DNA of 64,000 nt. Origin: Klebsormidium nitens. Taxonomy: Eukaryota > Plantae > Klebsormidiophyceae. The notes beneath the pieces were generated by a model that worked only from the letters and a program-made list of their open reading frames with translations, made no database searches and was not told the origin of the DNA. The translations under genes and the position numbers were made by a program. Where the stretch lies: the NCBI GenBank assembly GCA_000708835.1, contig DF237360.1, positions 1 through 64,000 of the forward strand, given 5' to 3'. Below, one piece after another: positions 1 through 13,053 of this stretch. Each line of letters starts with the position of its first letter. Position 1 is the stretch's first letter.

Positions 1-337
1 CTCTTGAAGGTTGTGCAAGACAGTGCAACCTCCACTTCCAAGTTCCATGCGCTCTCTTCAAGTTCAATGAGACTTGACAGAGAATACCCTACATGCGATG
101 CAATGATGATGCGTCAACCGTTCCTATCTAGGCAGCTCCTTGACCGTTGGGCCTCTGGATCGGGGCTGAGAGGGCTTCTCAGATCGAGCTTCCCTGCATT
201 CCAATCCAGCTGAAATGGACGACGCCAGCTCACGGGAGTAGCACAAGCCGACAACGGGAGCTCGTAAGGCGCGGGCACCACCTCTGCATCATTCAGGGCT
301 GGTGAGCAGAGAGTCCGTGAAAAGTTGATCAGCAAAG

Positions 338-3300
338 ATGTCGGAAGCGGGTAGCGATGACTTATTTGGGATCGAGAGTAAGCTGGTGATGTTGGCAGTT
401 GATTCATCGCTGGAGAGCAGAGGGGCGGTTATGTGGGCCGCCCGCAGTCTCATCAATGCGGGGGACGAGGTCGTGATCTTCCATGCAATCAAGACGCTGA
501 AAGAGATCCCCACAGCAAGTGAGTGGTGGTGTGCTTCTGCCCTTCTGATCAGATCACATCTCCTCCTTGGTGTGGTTAACCTTGTATGATCTCCCTGATC
601 CTTTTCAGGGATGAGGTTGGGTGGTGTTGCGAGGGGAATGATGCATTAAGGTCCAACAGCGGAAGTAGGGTGCAATCACCCCGATTCGCACTCTGGTATC
701 AGAGAACAATTGTTCATCAGACGTGCACCCCCGACTCGAACCATGATTGCCAGATGACAAGGTACTTTGCAAGCTTCCGATACTTTACTGACGTCGATGC
801 GTTTGTGACGGCGGGCAGCTCAGAATAGTTCCTCGTTTCTGTGCTTTTGACTTTGCTCTTTTTGCCACTAGAGGCTCGCTCGGCCGGATCAAGCAGCTTT
901 GGAGTCCAGCGCACTTACTTTCCCCTTGGATCGAGATTAAGCTCAGACATTGTGCACAATCGCTTCCAAAATGGCCACTCATTTGTCACACACGCAATGT
1001 GATCCTTTGCTGCGTGCGTCGACAGTGACGCGTCATACACCCCAGCTGAGAGACTTGGCTGATTTCCAATCGGATCCGAGAAGTTGCCACCTGAGAATCA
1101 TTCAGACAGTGATGGCATCTTTGGTCAAATTTTCTCACAATGTGAGAGGCGTTGTTGGCTATGGTGAAACCAGCCCTTTGTAAGGGGTGGTAAAAAAAGC
1201 TCTTGTGCACACTTGTGATCACTGCCCCACCTTTCCACGGCAAGGATCACAAGCAGGGGAACACGCTTCTGACGCTTTTTCTGACGCTTTTTCTGACGTC
1301 TAAGCAATGTTCACAGCTGGCGGGTCGGTTTGGACTGGATCGCCATGATACATTCAAGTGGGCATTCTTCAGGATGCGCTTTGCAGCTTGTGCTTTTATA
1401 ATTCTGGCGTCACATTCTCATCTTTACTCATCCGAGCCTACCATTTGCCAACAAAGGAGTATCCGTCACTGGTGAATCTGCGGTTGAATAGATCCCACTC
1501 GCTGAACTCCACATATGGGTGGCTTTTTTTGGGTGGTGTTCATTTCAAAGGTCCGGGCACTGTGGTTTGCATCATTCATGTCGGCAGAACGTAGGCAACA
1601 GGCGATTTATGAAGCGCCACTCCTCTGGTTTGCAAGAGGTGACTGTGTTGTGGTGATTGATTTATGGGATAGCTTACGGTCTGGTGGGTCAACTCACTGA
1701 TTGTACTAAGAGCTAACAACTGTTCCGAATCGCATACCTGTGCTACGCTTTCCGTTTCCAGCTTTGGTTTTATCGGTGCTAGCTGTTTCCCACATTGTTG
1801 AGGGGGAGAGCACTGCAGCTTTTCCACAACAGAATGTTGTTTTTGGGATGCCTCACACTTCTCTGCACGATGAGTACAGGTGGCAACAAGAGAAAAGGCA
1901 TGGGGGTTGTATCATGAAAGATTGACGCTGTCAATGACCAAGGTCTGTCCTAAAAGAAACACCTTTTCCAGCTATTTTGTTGACCACGTTGCACATACAA
2001 AGGAGCATCAAACATTCCAAACAACTCTTCTTCGTCAGATCCTACCTTCTGTTTGAAGAAAGTCGCTTCCCTGAAACCGTTCCCCCTTACCGTGCAGTGG
2101 GCATGGTCCCGTTTTCTGGGGCCAATCCCGAAATGCAAAGAGCCCACATGCTAGTGACGGAGGAGAATGCTAAGAAGATGGCTGCAACGCACGCCGCTTA
2201 CTGCCAGACCCAAAAGGTGGGAACCAAAGCCTTGCTTTCTTCTCTCAGATCTTTTGAATTTAACCCCCACTTCCTCATTGCCTTTCAAATTTTTGGTCAA
2301 GTTGCCCTCTCAATCATTTCAATGAAGCCAGAAGCGAGTGCAAGTCTGTCAGCCCATCGTATCAGCTTTTCAATGCGCTTTTGAAGGACAGGATCGGGGA
2401 GCTTCAGGTGCAGGTAAAAAGATGGACAAGGGGAAAGGGACGAAGAGAGCAGGAGGGCAGAAACAGAGGAACGGGGACTGGACGAAATTCAGCACCATGG
2501 GGAGGAAAGAAAGCTGACAAACCTACTCTTGAAAGTTGGAATAGGCTGATGGGCAGTCAGGGTGTGCATCTGTCGATTGGGCAGCTAGCTTTTTGTGTCC
2601 AATCAAAACGCTACTGAGTGACGGTACTGCAGAAGGAGAATTTTGTATGATAATCTCCAGCGCCTTGCATATGGCAGAACAGTCAACCTGAGAATCACTG
2701 CACTAGCTTTTCAATGATTGACGAGGATATCTGTCAGGTGAGCTGGCGTCGCACCGGGGTAACGCTAACCTCGAGCAAAATAGTTAACATACTTGCCAAA
2801 ATCAGGACCATTTTACCTCCCTCTTCTCCCTCCCCTTCCCACCCTTTCCCCCTCCCTGTCCTCTCCCCCATCTCTCTTGAACAGTAGTGCTGCCAAGGTA
2901 TCCAAACAAGCTTTACTTGGGCTGACCAGTACCAGAGAAGTGCCAAATCCTGGACCATAGGCACAGAACTAACACGATCATGGTGGCAGTGCATTTCAGA
3001 GTGGAGATTGTTGCTCACACGCCTCATCACAATCTTGGCACGCACTCTTGTTGGATGATTCTATTGCCGCTGTTCAAGTTTCAGCCTGTGTCGCTGAAAA
3101 GCTTCAACATTAAGCTGGGATCAGCGAGGGGATTACACTGGGGGGATAACACTGGGGGCTTTTGCAGGGTCCTTCTGTAGAACTTGGATTCAATGTATGC
3201 AGGCTCCAGATCAGCTCACATTGCTGTCCCAAAGCTAGAATCCAAAGCAAACAAGACACTAGAGCAGGCCATTCCCCTGAGTCTGCCCCGAAATCTAATC

Positions 3301-6300
3301 ATCTCTCCATACTTGGCCCTCCGCAACTTGAGCCCAAGCTTGGGAGTTCCAAGCGCACATAGAACCAGAATGAGCGACTCCAAATCTATGAGTCTAATCA
3401 CCTGGCCAAAAGTGCGCCCTGCAGATTGAACCTGCAATCGCCAAGCACATATAGAACCAGAGTAAGCGATCCCCGAGTGCCCGCCTCATAATCCAGTCAC
3501 TTTCAAGCATATTTGCGCCCCGCAGAGTGAACCCAAATCTGGAGTCCCAAGCAAACGCGAAAATCGAGTTGGCCCTCTGCGAAACTTGCTAGCGGAGCTA
3601 ACCACTTCCCAAACTTACGCCTCTCAGATTGAGGCCAAAACGGAGGTAATATGGGGCCAGCGCCGCCAGGCGATCCTAGACCGTGTGGTTCAACTGGGTG
3701 TCACTCACCTTGTCATGGGCACTGGGAAGGGCAGTCGTCGCCTCAGGTGAGCGTCTGCACCAAGTCATTTGTTGCCGTCTTAGACTAGTGGCTGCATCTG
3801 AACGGGTTAGCTCTTGGGTTCAGGTCAACTGAGTGTTTCAGTCAGCGAAAAATAGAGGTCTGAGTTAGACGGTTAGGGACTGCTTTGGAGGGGTGCGTTG
3901 CCGGTTGATTTGTTAGTTGGAAAGCATCTGACAAAGTAAAAGAAGTCTACTCTTCTCTGGCGAACACACAAGAGGGAAAAGAGAGACCTCAAAATCCGGG
4001 GGTCTTCTATTTGAAAGCCTATCAGGCGAAGGTTTCAATCCTTTGGCAATCTGAACAGGGTCACCTTGCACTTTACATTCTTGGCTTCGATGTTCTAGCA
4101 ATGGACCCGGGTTTCCCAAAAGTATTTGTGCCTCTCCCTGCAAAGCTGGCTCCAGTCAGTGCGCCCGCTCGATTCGTTCTCCCCATCCCTAGTTGCTTTG
4201 TACCTCCTGTGCAAAGAAACAACTGGGCACTCGTCCCCTTTGGAAAAAACACCTGATTGCTCGTCGAAGACGTTGTAATTCCTATTGATCTGCAAGGTTT
4301 GAACTGGCCTCTCAAAACTCAAGCGGGGAACAATCGCAGCCAACTCTGATCCTCCTTCGAGCAGCTCCTAGTGCCAGTTCGGCCCTTCGAATACCTGCCG
4401 ACCTGCAAATGGGGACTCCGAAACCCGCATTTGCCGACTTTCACTCGTTTTCTCGTGCAGTTTTCTCAGGAAGGAGAGCCTGACGGCGACCGTCTCGCGC
4501 GAGGCGCGTTGCCAGGTGTTCCTGGTGGCCAAGAACGGGAAGCTCGTCTCCCGCAGCTCCTACAACGCGGACGCCAGCGGACGTCCGAAGAAGCTGCAGA
4601 GCGCGACGTCCGCACCGGACCGGCTCATGAACGTTGACGCAGAGTGAGTGATTGCATGATCCCGTTCTGGCTGCTTCCAATCCACTTTGTGGGCAGTCGT
4701 TGTTTGAAGGAAGGTGTCTCTGTAATTAGAGACAATCCGACCTGACGGTAGAGAATTCGTGTGTATGTGCGCCCGAATAAAGTGAAGGGCTGAACCTAAA
4801 AAAGCGAAGGGGATATTCTGCTCAAATGAATGAGGGGCCATTACATTGATTGGACAGGCTTGTCGTTCTGAACGATCGTGTTTTCAGAACTGTAGTTCTT
4901 AAATTGCACGACGTTGATTGACGATGCAAGTTCGTTAAGCTTGATCGGAACGAAGTCAAAATCTGAAACCCAGACGGTCCGTCTTCGCAGAACCGCCTCC
5001 AATGCTTCGTTCGGCACGTCCTCGCACCCGCCCAGCAGCGTCGGCACTGTCTCCAGCGTATCCTCGACCCACTACCCCCCCTCCGAGATCGATGAGTCAG
5101 AGTCGCCGATCGGCAGCCCGTACCCCCCCCTGTTCCGGGCCACTTCCACCCCCCCGAGATCGCCCGACAGCCCGGTGACGGTCCTCACGAAAAACCTCGG
5201 CTCCCGCTCCGGGGGCCTCCAGCGAACATTCTCTAATCCCTCCCCGCTCGCAAAGGGGGGGGAGGTGTCTGACAGGCGGAGCCCCGCGCCGGCACCCCCC
5301 CGAACCGGAACACCCCCCTCGACGTACGACCTCGACTGGGCGCCGAAACCGCGACGCGCCACGTCCGTCGCCCTCCCTTCCACGCCCCCAGCCCCCCGGC
5401 CCAGCTCGGCCTCCCCCCGGGGGACCGGCGATGACGCCAGCGTCGTCGAGGATGACGTCAGCCAGGCGGGCAGTGACGTCAGCAGGGACGACGTGGCGGC
5501 GGCGGCGGAGCTTGCGGCGCTGCGCGCGCAGGTGCGGCAGCTGCGGCTGGTGAGCGAGATGCGCGCGCGCGAGGCGGCGCGCTTCGCGGAGCGACTCGAG
5601 GCCAAGGAGGGCGAGGCGGAGGCGGTGGGCAGGTGGGCTTTAGGGTTTTCAGGCGTTTAAAAGTATGGTCTGGGATCGTCGCGACGTTAGAGTGGCGAAT
5701 TTAGCCGTCTTTGGAGTGATTCATAGAAGAAGGAAGGGCGAAGCGTGAGCATTGGGCGAATGAGCTTTAAAACTTCCAGATACCCTTTTGTCTCAGAAAT
5801 TTTGGAAAGACTGTGGAGCGGTTCCAAGGCTAGAAAGGGCGAGGCAGAGGCGGACGCCCAAGCGAGGGGTCCAGATTTTGGATACCGCCTGTCCGGCCAT
5901 TCTAAACTCCCTGCTCCTGGATCGCCTGGCTAACTTGATGTCACTGTTTGTTGTCAGCTTCCATTGATGCAGGCGTCTCACGAAGAGAGTGTCTCGAAGA
6001 TTTATATCCACATTCACATCGATTTTGATTCGGCTGTCCATTATATTTCGACGGCGGAGCAAAACAGGGGCACTCCGAGTGGCAGTCTCATTCTCTGTCG
6101 CTGCTCATGGTGTTCCAGTTCGGGCGACTGGAGAATAGTTAAGACGTAGATTACCACTTGAGCCTTTCAGCTCAGTGGCTGACAATGTATCCCTTTCTGA
6201 CGCCCTTTTCCCTTTCCGCTCAGGCAATTGGCGGAAGAGTCAAGGAGACGGAAGGCCGCCGAGCGGACTGCCAGCCGGCTGGTTTCCGTTCTGGGAGAGA

Positions 6301-6356
6301 CTGCGCCCGAGAAGGTCGTGGACATCATGACCGGCGGAATCCACGCCGGAAACTGA
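338..6356 (+). CDS. USP (universal stress protein / STK_N-like) domain protein with Ser/Pro-rich linker and C-terminal coiled coil; 6 exons
   Basis: Exons 338-518, 2098-2216, 3628-3746, 4461-4643, 4991-5632, 6224-6356; all introns GT-AG and all phases join in frame. USP-fold motifs: VMLAVDSSLESRGAVMWA..LINAGDEVVIFH, RQAILDRVVQLGVTHLVMG, REARCQVFLVAKNGKL. C-terminus LAALRAQVRQLRLV...ERLEAKE looks coiled-coil. Confidence 0.8.
3225..3650 (+). repeat. Degenerate ~100 bp tandem array of acceptor + exon-3-start copies in USP intron 2
   Basis: Exon-start equivalents at 3327 (ccgcaa|cttgagcccaag), 3425 (ctgcag|attgaacctgca), 3526 (ccgcag|agtgaacccaaa) and the real one at 3628 (ctctcag|attgaggccaaa); spacing 98/101/102. 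Shared block ccaagc(g)cacatagaaccaga at ~3349 and ~3441. Confidence 0.6.
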
Positions 6357-8705
6357 GCGGAACAGCAGGTGCGGACCTAGCTTCGCAGCCTTAGAGGCCC
6401 TCGCGGTGAAAGCCCTTTCTTTCAAGGCGGGATCGGATGCTAGAAACACGCGGAAAGTCTTGTAAAACACTCCTCAGTAAAGCCCACATCCGGGTGGGGA
6501 GACCTGTGCACGGTTGCTCGATCATTATTTGTTTTTCCCCTGGTGAAACCTTTGTTGAAAATGTGCTCGCGTCTGGCGGATCTTCAGTTGCCAACCGTCT
6601 CTCCCTTGTGCAGAAGTCTGTGCAACCAAGCATTGGTGTCCGATTACATTTAACCTCGAGAAAGACGCTATATAAACGTTCCATACTGGCACATTCCGCG
6701 TTGATAACAGTAAGGTTTTCTTACTGTACCGGTCCACTTATATAAACGGATATAGGTAGCTAAGCGGGCATACGCTAAAAGGCAGGGCGACGAGAGAGCA
6801 TGGAAAACAGGGCCGGAAGGGTAATGATCTGTTAGTCATATGGGGGATAGCGTATGCTCCTCGGACAAGGAAATGAGTGGAAAGCGGAACATAGTTGGAG
6901 AGCTCTGGGGGCCAGAAAGCCATTCGGGCCCCATAATGGCATCCCAACTGTTGCGTTGTTTAATTTCTGAGACTTGTGCAAGACTAGGTATGTTTGGCGG
7001 TCAGTGGACCCCCTTATGTTGACACTGGTTTCTTACTTTGCTTCGGGACAAGGCATTGGGCTTAAGCAGAGTAGATGACTAAAGTCGGTGAAAGCCTGGA
7101 GCTCGGAACGTTTGTCGTAAAGAGTCGATGGAAAGGATAGGAATTGGTGGCCAGAACGGATCGTGCAGATGTCCACTATAACCAAAGCCATGCAGGTCTT
7201 GATTTTATTTGGGGGTTAGTCTGTCACGTGTCTTTATGTGGACTCCGGCGTCAGTCGTCACTAAAGACGAGCAATAAATGCAAGATCATCCATAATGGAT
7301 GCGGCTGTAGGGTCCAAGTAATCCTTCTAACACTTGGTGAGGCTTTGACTTCCGTATAGTTCAGCTTATCTAGTTTTGTGCGGTTCCGGCGCCGAGGAAG
7401 CATGGCTCAGTGCCGCTACGTTAGGACTCCAAGGCTGAATCGAAGTATAGACTCTATCTGTAGTGTCAATCTGTTGACCCTTGTAAGGCAGTGCATTGAG
7501 CCTTTTGTGGTGAGCAGCCTTCAAGTCCCCCTAATCCAAGGTCTGAGAGCTTTCTGTCGGAGCTAGCTTGCCAGTACATTGACATCGAGGGATTTGATTT
7601 GTCTCCCGTCTTCGTTATCAAACTAACGCTATCAAGAGTACTTCCATTACAAACACAAAAGCGTCAGATAGCAATAGCTTGAAGTAAGTCGGACACTGAT
7701 GCCCAGCGCGTTCTCAGACACGCGAAGCTTCGAATTAGTGACTGTCATGCATTCGAGTCCGGCCCCATGTGCCGGCTATGCGACGGCCGCTCGTGCATGC
7801 AAGGGTACAGTCACGTACTGGACGTCGATCAAAGATTCAGGAGGCGTCCTAGATTATATAGGACCTAGCTCGTGTAAATTTCAGCTTCATCTTCAATGAC
7901 GGCTCAATATATACACATGTGCGAAAACGTGTCTGCTTGCATATGTGTGTTAGTTAGCACGGGCCAGCTAGATCGACGGAGAAGAAATGGTTTCGATATT
8001 CTCAACGCCTGTGTATCAGCCGTACCGGTGCTCTATAATCCGATTGCAAGCGCTCAGGGCACCCCGCGTTGCCACATTGCACCGTTGCGCTTCAAATTTC
8101 AAGATCGAATATAAGACAGTGAATACAGAAGGTTGTCGACGACAACGTAAAGGCTTGCGTGATTCCATATCCCTTGATCGGTCACAGTACGTGCTGGCAT
8201 TTGCTAGTCCAGTCAAAAACTTGGCATCGATGCACGAAAGCGGTATGCGTTAATGGCTGTCGTCAAAGTCTCTCCGAGAGGCTCCGAGAGGCTCGTTATA
8301 TCAAGTCACGTTGGAGCCGGCAATCTATCATTACGACAAAGGGCACTATTTCCAGTTGCTAGATTCAACAATCAAAAACTGAGTTCGATGATACGTCTCA
8401 ACTAGATCAGCTAGAGAAGCTATACTTTTCGACTCTTTCAGTCGAAGTCTGATGCATAGACTGCTAGTGACGGTTTGGGGCTCCTTTTAAACATGAGCTC
8501 GGCTGTCTGTCTATTGAGCGTGTTCCCTGTCAGTACGGCGGACACCCGACGAGCGCTATCATAGGGTACACAAAGTCAAAAACTCGTTTGGAGACTTCTT
8601 CTGCTCTTCGGAACCAAGATGGTTCTGCTTCACACCTATCCTTTTCTGTACACAAACACAAGGACCTGCTTTCCTACCCTGTCCACCTCAGACCGTGACC
8701 CCACT

Positions 8706-11074
8706 TCAGACTCTGACACCTTGCAATGCCCCCGAGGCCAACCCTAACTCACTAAAACCACCCGGCAGAGCGTTCTGGCTCGAGAGCCGGGGGCTAACTC
8801 GACACGCCGCATCAAGTAACCGTGGCGACGGCCGATCCATCGTCGAGTCAATCAACTCGCAGTTGATCGCCATCGCCCGCTTCTGAGAGTTCGACAAGCG
8901 CCGCGAGAGGGGCCGTCCGCAGCGGGGGCCCAATGGCACCACGGGGATGTTTTCGCAGTTGCACACCTCGATCATGAAGCCGTCCGGGTCGTGGAAAAAA
9001 AGCTGCTGCACCTCGATCCCGTCCTCGATCACGGACCGACAGACGTACTCAATGCCGAGCAGCTTGAGGCGTCGCTCGACCTCCCCAAGGTCGTCGGACT
9101 GCATACGCAAAGCAGGCAAGTACATTTAGAACTGGCGATATGGACTTTGCAAGATTGTTTTTGCATGACAAGCATCTAATGACTGAGTTGAGGACGTCGT
9201 TCCTCAGCTGTCGCAGACAAATGCTATACTGTGGGACCTGGATGCTCGACAGCAGAACATCAGGAGAAGGTCATGAGACGGCCGTATGGGTTGCAGATTG
9301 CTGCCGCATCGTCTTGCACCAATCCTTCTATGCTCCACTTTTAGCTCAGCTCATTTCACCCCAGGTCACTGTGCCTTAGAAGGAGTGTTTCTTGACCTAG
9401 GCAGCCAACCTACTGCTAAAGGACTACAAGCTGACTTTCCAAAGCACATGGGGACTTGGGTTGAGAATCACGCTAATGCAGCTGGATCGACGCTGAACCT
9501 TACTGGTATCTAGTTCCATATTATTCAGGTCCTGGTATGGAAGTCAGAGAGTGATCTGCTATTCTTATGTGTAATTCAACGAGTCCAATCAATCACGCAT
9601 CAATCACCCAAAGAACTCTGCAATGTTCCTTTCCATTGGGAATCAGAAGAAGCTACTCTTCTGAGTTGGCCTTTGCATGTTTGAGAAAAAGAACAATGAC
9701 AATGATTGTTAAAAGCGCAAGACCAAAAGTTAGAGCGTGCATAACGCTATCGGAAGCAACTAGCTCAGCTTACCTGGAAAGACAGGTGGTCGGCCTTGGG
9801 GTTGATTTCCTTCTTCGTGTTCAAGTACATGTTTCCTGGAGTAGAGTCTTTTAGCAAATGGATGCCAACTCCATAGTTGAATAGCCTGCAGAAAACAACT
9901 GTGAGTCTTTGCAAGCCAACCTAGCTGGCACCAGTGTGGCTTGAATATGTGCTACTTACTTTAGACTTTCTGAGGCTCAACAGGTGCTGATAACGCAATG
10001 GAGAAGTGGAACATGACCAACTGATGCACAGATGGAGCATCATTGCCGTGACAACAACGTCAAGTTTTGTGCTCTGCCACCAGTCAATGACACTTATGAG
10101 CTCAAGCATCAGAGAATGCATGTTTCCTGCGCAAGCAAACAATCTAAGGAAGGTGCAGGCCAGTGGCCAAGATGAGAGGACTGAGTGAATGGTGGGACAC
10201 CCTCTTAGCAAAGGGCTTGTGAAGCTCAATTGGCGCTGGTGACAGAATGTTGGAGTTGCTTAAAGCAGAGGCAGCTGAATTTCAAAGGGACAGAAGCTCA
10301 AGCAGATATGATCCTCAAAACATTCAAAATGGGTTTTTTCCAAGCACTCTGTGCAATTGAAGGACACAAAGGCAAGCTCAGCCACTAAAAGGAAGTGTGT
10401 GTGCATGATGTCCCTGCCCCCCAAGTCTGAAGTGTATGTTATGAGCACATTGTCTCTTTGCCCAAGTGCGTCTCCCATTCAGCTACCCAGCTTGCAGACG
10501 GTTCTGAGGAACTGCTGACCTCAAGGAGACCCTAGCCTATCTATGCTTGTTGACCAGGCAAGTTTCAATAGGGTCAACAGCGAGCACATTGACCAATTGC
10601 ACCTCTGCTTCAATTTGTCTTGGTGAAGGTAGCTTTGCTGGCAATCACAAGCTTAGAAAGCCTGCTAGACTGGTCAGTACCACTTTCAGACTGGTCAAAG
10701 AGGCTTCCTAGGAGTCAACACTTGCACGAGTAATCACAGTCCTTAGAAATGTGCATTGCGAGGAGGGTAGCAACTCTCAATGGCCTTCAAGCTGCACTAT
10801 CACAAACCCTCACAAAAAGACATCTGCATGTGAGAGGCTTCAATTGAGAAGAAAGTGGGAATTGCCATTCTTGACAGGTGCCAGGCGTTCAAAGGAAAAG
10901 CCAGGCTCAGAACACTCACCAGGCTCCTTCAAATTGGATGTCTAATGACCCAGGCCTTTTTACCTCATAGAACCCTAATATCTTGGTGTAGAAATCTATT
11001 GAGCGGGACAGAGACTTGGACACCCGAGATATATGATTCAAAGACCGCACGGGGAGGGGTCCTAAATGGTCCAT
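8706..11074 (-). CDS. Glyoxalase I-like / VOC family protein (plant lactoylglutathione lyase-like); 3 exons
   Basis: Exons 11074-10920, 9885-9774, 9098-8706 (660 nt, in frame). SLNHISRV..SIDFYTKILGF..VKRPGSLDIQFEGAWLFNYGVGIHLL...INPKADHLSFQSDDLGEVERRL...QQLFFHDPDGFMIEVCNCENIPVVPL matches the plant GLXI-like VOC pattern. Confidence 0.92.
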
Positions 11075-11674
11075 CTTCGACACTGGGAGGCACTATCACT
11101 GCCTTCAAAAGCTTTTGCAGCCTCCGCTCCGCTTGCCTCTCTTACTGCTTCACAAGTTGAAAACCAGAACAATTTCGCGGGCATTGCTGAGAGGGGGGCT
11201 GGCTGTTGGAAGAGATTCTGTCTGCGAGAAGCGAAACGTCTGAACACCGATTAGGAGTGCTCTGTTTTGTAGCCAGGGAGAAATCCCTTCTCTTCAAAGT
11301 CAAGTCAGAATTTTCTCAGGAGTCCACCTTGCCAGCCATGACGATGCAATGCGTTTTTGCAGAAAAATCTCAGCACCTACCCGTACGGGTACCCGCCACC
11401 CGCCATGTACACCCATCGTACAACCCTGTATCACCGAGCGTTTCTCCAACCGATCTCTATCAGCGGGGACCGCTTGAGAAACCAGCAGGAGACTCCAGAT
11501 GACAAAGCCGTAAAATCCGGACAAGGTGCCCTTCTTGATACGGGCAGAGTCCAGACCGGTTCAGCCGGTCTGAAATTTGAGGCGCGCGCAGAAAGGTCAG
11601 CGGATTGCATGTGCACTGTGCAGCCTGAAGGCTGACCCTGGCTGAGGCTGAGCCCGTGAAGGCAGTAGGTAATA

Positions 11675-11866
11675 CCGTACCAGCGTTTAATTTCGTCAGG
11701 TTCGACGCCAGATAATTAATTATGAAACGTTTGCGGGATTCGGCAGCCCTAGCGTTACCTGCTAAACAAGACCATTATCGGTCCATTACCGCCCAGAATA
11801 TTTTCCAGCGGAATTCGTCAGGCCAAATAATTGTTTAATATTTGACGAAATTAAACGCTGGTACGG
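11675..11866. mobile_element. 192 bp Tc1/mariner-type (Stowaway-like) MITE
   Basis: Perfect 24 bp TIR CCGTACCAGCGTTTAATTTCGTCA at 11675-11698 and its reverse complement at 11843-11866; TA on both flanks; AT-rich non-coding interior. Confidence 0.85.
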
Positions 11867-13053
11867 TAATAGGACCCACCTACATAGGTATCACCATGCA
11901 GTACCGGTACCGGTCAACATCCGAACAATTTGTAGTTTTCACATGTGTCAAACCGAGCACCGTCCGGCGTCCAGGGGTCAAGAAAGTCAACGTCCGATCC
12001 CCGGGACGCGAATGCCCTGCGAATGGTGTACAAAGTGATCGGTCCTTCTCCAAAGAAACCGCGGCCGGGGCAAGACGCCGCAATGTATGACGCATTAATT
12101 GCTACAACTTCAGCCGCAATTCGAGAGTGCAGGTCACATCGTGACGCGTCGCATTGGAGTATGCAGCCTCGGTGAGGTCAGCTTTCAAGTTTGGGGGCCC
12201 CATGGCCCCTGCTACCCACCAGCTAGCCTTGCCTGAGGTGCACATAAAATTGAACGTCACAGCCTACAGGTTCGAACTAGCATCTGGTCCACAGCACCAC
12301 GCGTGGCTTCAGCGGCAGCTGAGCCCTCTTTCCTAGTTTCCTTAAGGTGGGTTCCACGTGCCCATATATCGCGCGCCATGATTGATATACATCTTTCACG
12401 GATATATGACCTGCAATCTTATAGCTCCTCCAACGTGTTTTTGGTGCCAATCATGAAGCATCCTGAGCATGAAGCATCGAACAGAGTTTCTTGCCTACGT
12501 CAAGGGACATCAACGCACCTGCTTGTAGGAGCATTGCGTATTTGGGTGGCGCCTCATAGAGCATGTTCTGCATCCTCCGGCACTTGGTGGCATTCAATGA
12601 TATCAGAAAAGGGAAGAAAATGCAAGGCTGAGCCGGAGAGCAAACGGGCGATAGTGCTTCGAACCGCCTACAGTGGATCAAACAAATTGATCTTGAGCTT
12701 GAAAGGTGCGATTGTATGGTTCGCTGACTTTCTTAGGAGCTACAGGAGGCTCGGCATCTGTGTGGTCGTTACCTTCTACAAGGATCTGCAAGAAAGTGTC
12801 ACAAGCTTGTTAGATGCAAAATCGTATTCGAGTCGACTGATTTGTTGCATTTTTGCGTTGCACCAAAGGCTGCCCCAGCGATGTGAAATACTGTCCTTCG
12901 GTCCTACTATGAGCAAAACGATCACACAAGAACGTCACCCAACTCGCGCTGCAGCCCAAAAACGCATCCATGTATGTCCAGCCAAACCTAATAGTCCAAA
13001 AAAATCTCCGGACCCATAATTGTATTTGAAAAAGAACGAAAGGTGGGGCATAC

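Noticed and set aside
1-300. Possible minus-strand gene at the window start
   Set aside because: All frames are interrupted by stops and I could not support an exon structure or motif.
5072-5605. 177 aa minus-strand ORF, and similar antisense ORFs at 17474-17954, 35145-35495, 38016-38525
   Set aside because: Shadows of GC-rich coding exons on the opposite strand.
5826-5865. Possible copy of the USP exon 5 3' end (aagggcgaggcagaggcgg) in the following intron
   Set aside because: The match is only ~25 nt of purine-rich sequence and lacks a copied donor; could be chance.
7700-7775. TTCGAGTCC resembling a tRNA T-loop
   Set aside because: No cloverleaf, D-arm or acceptor stem can be built around it.
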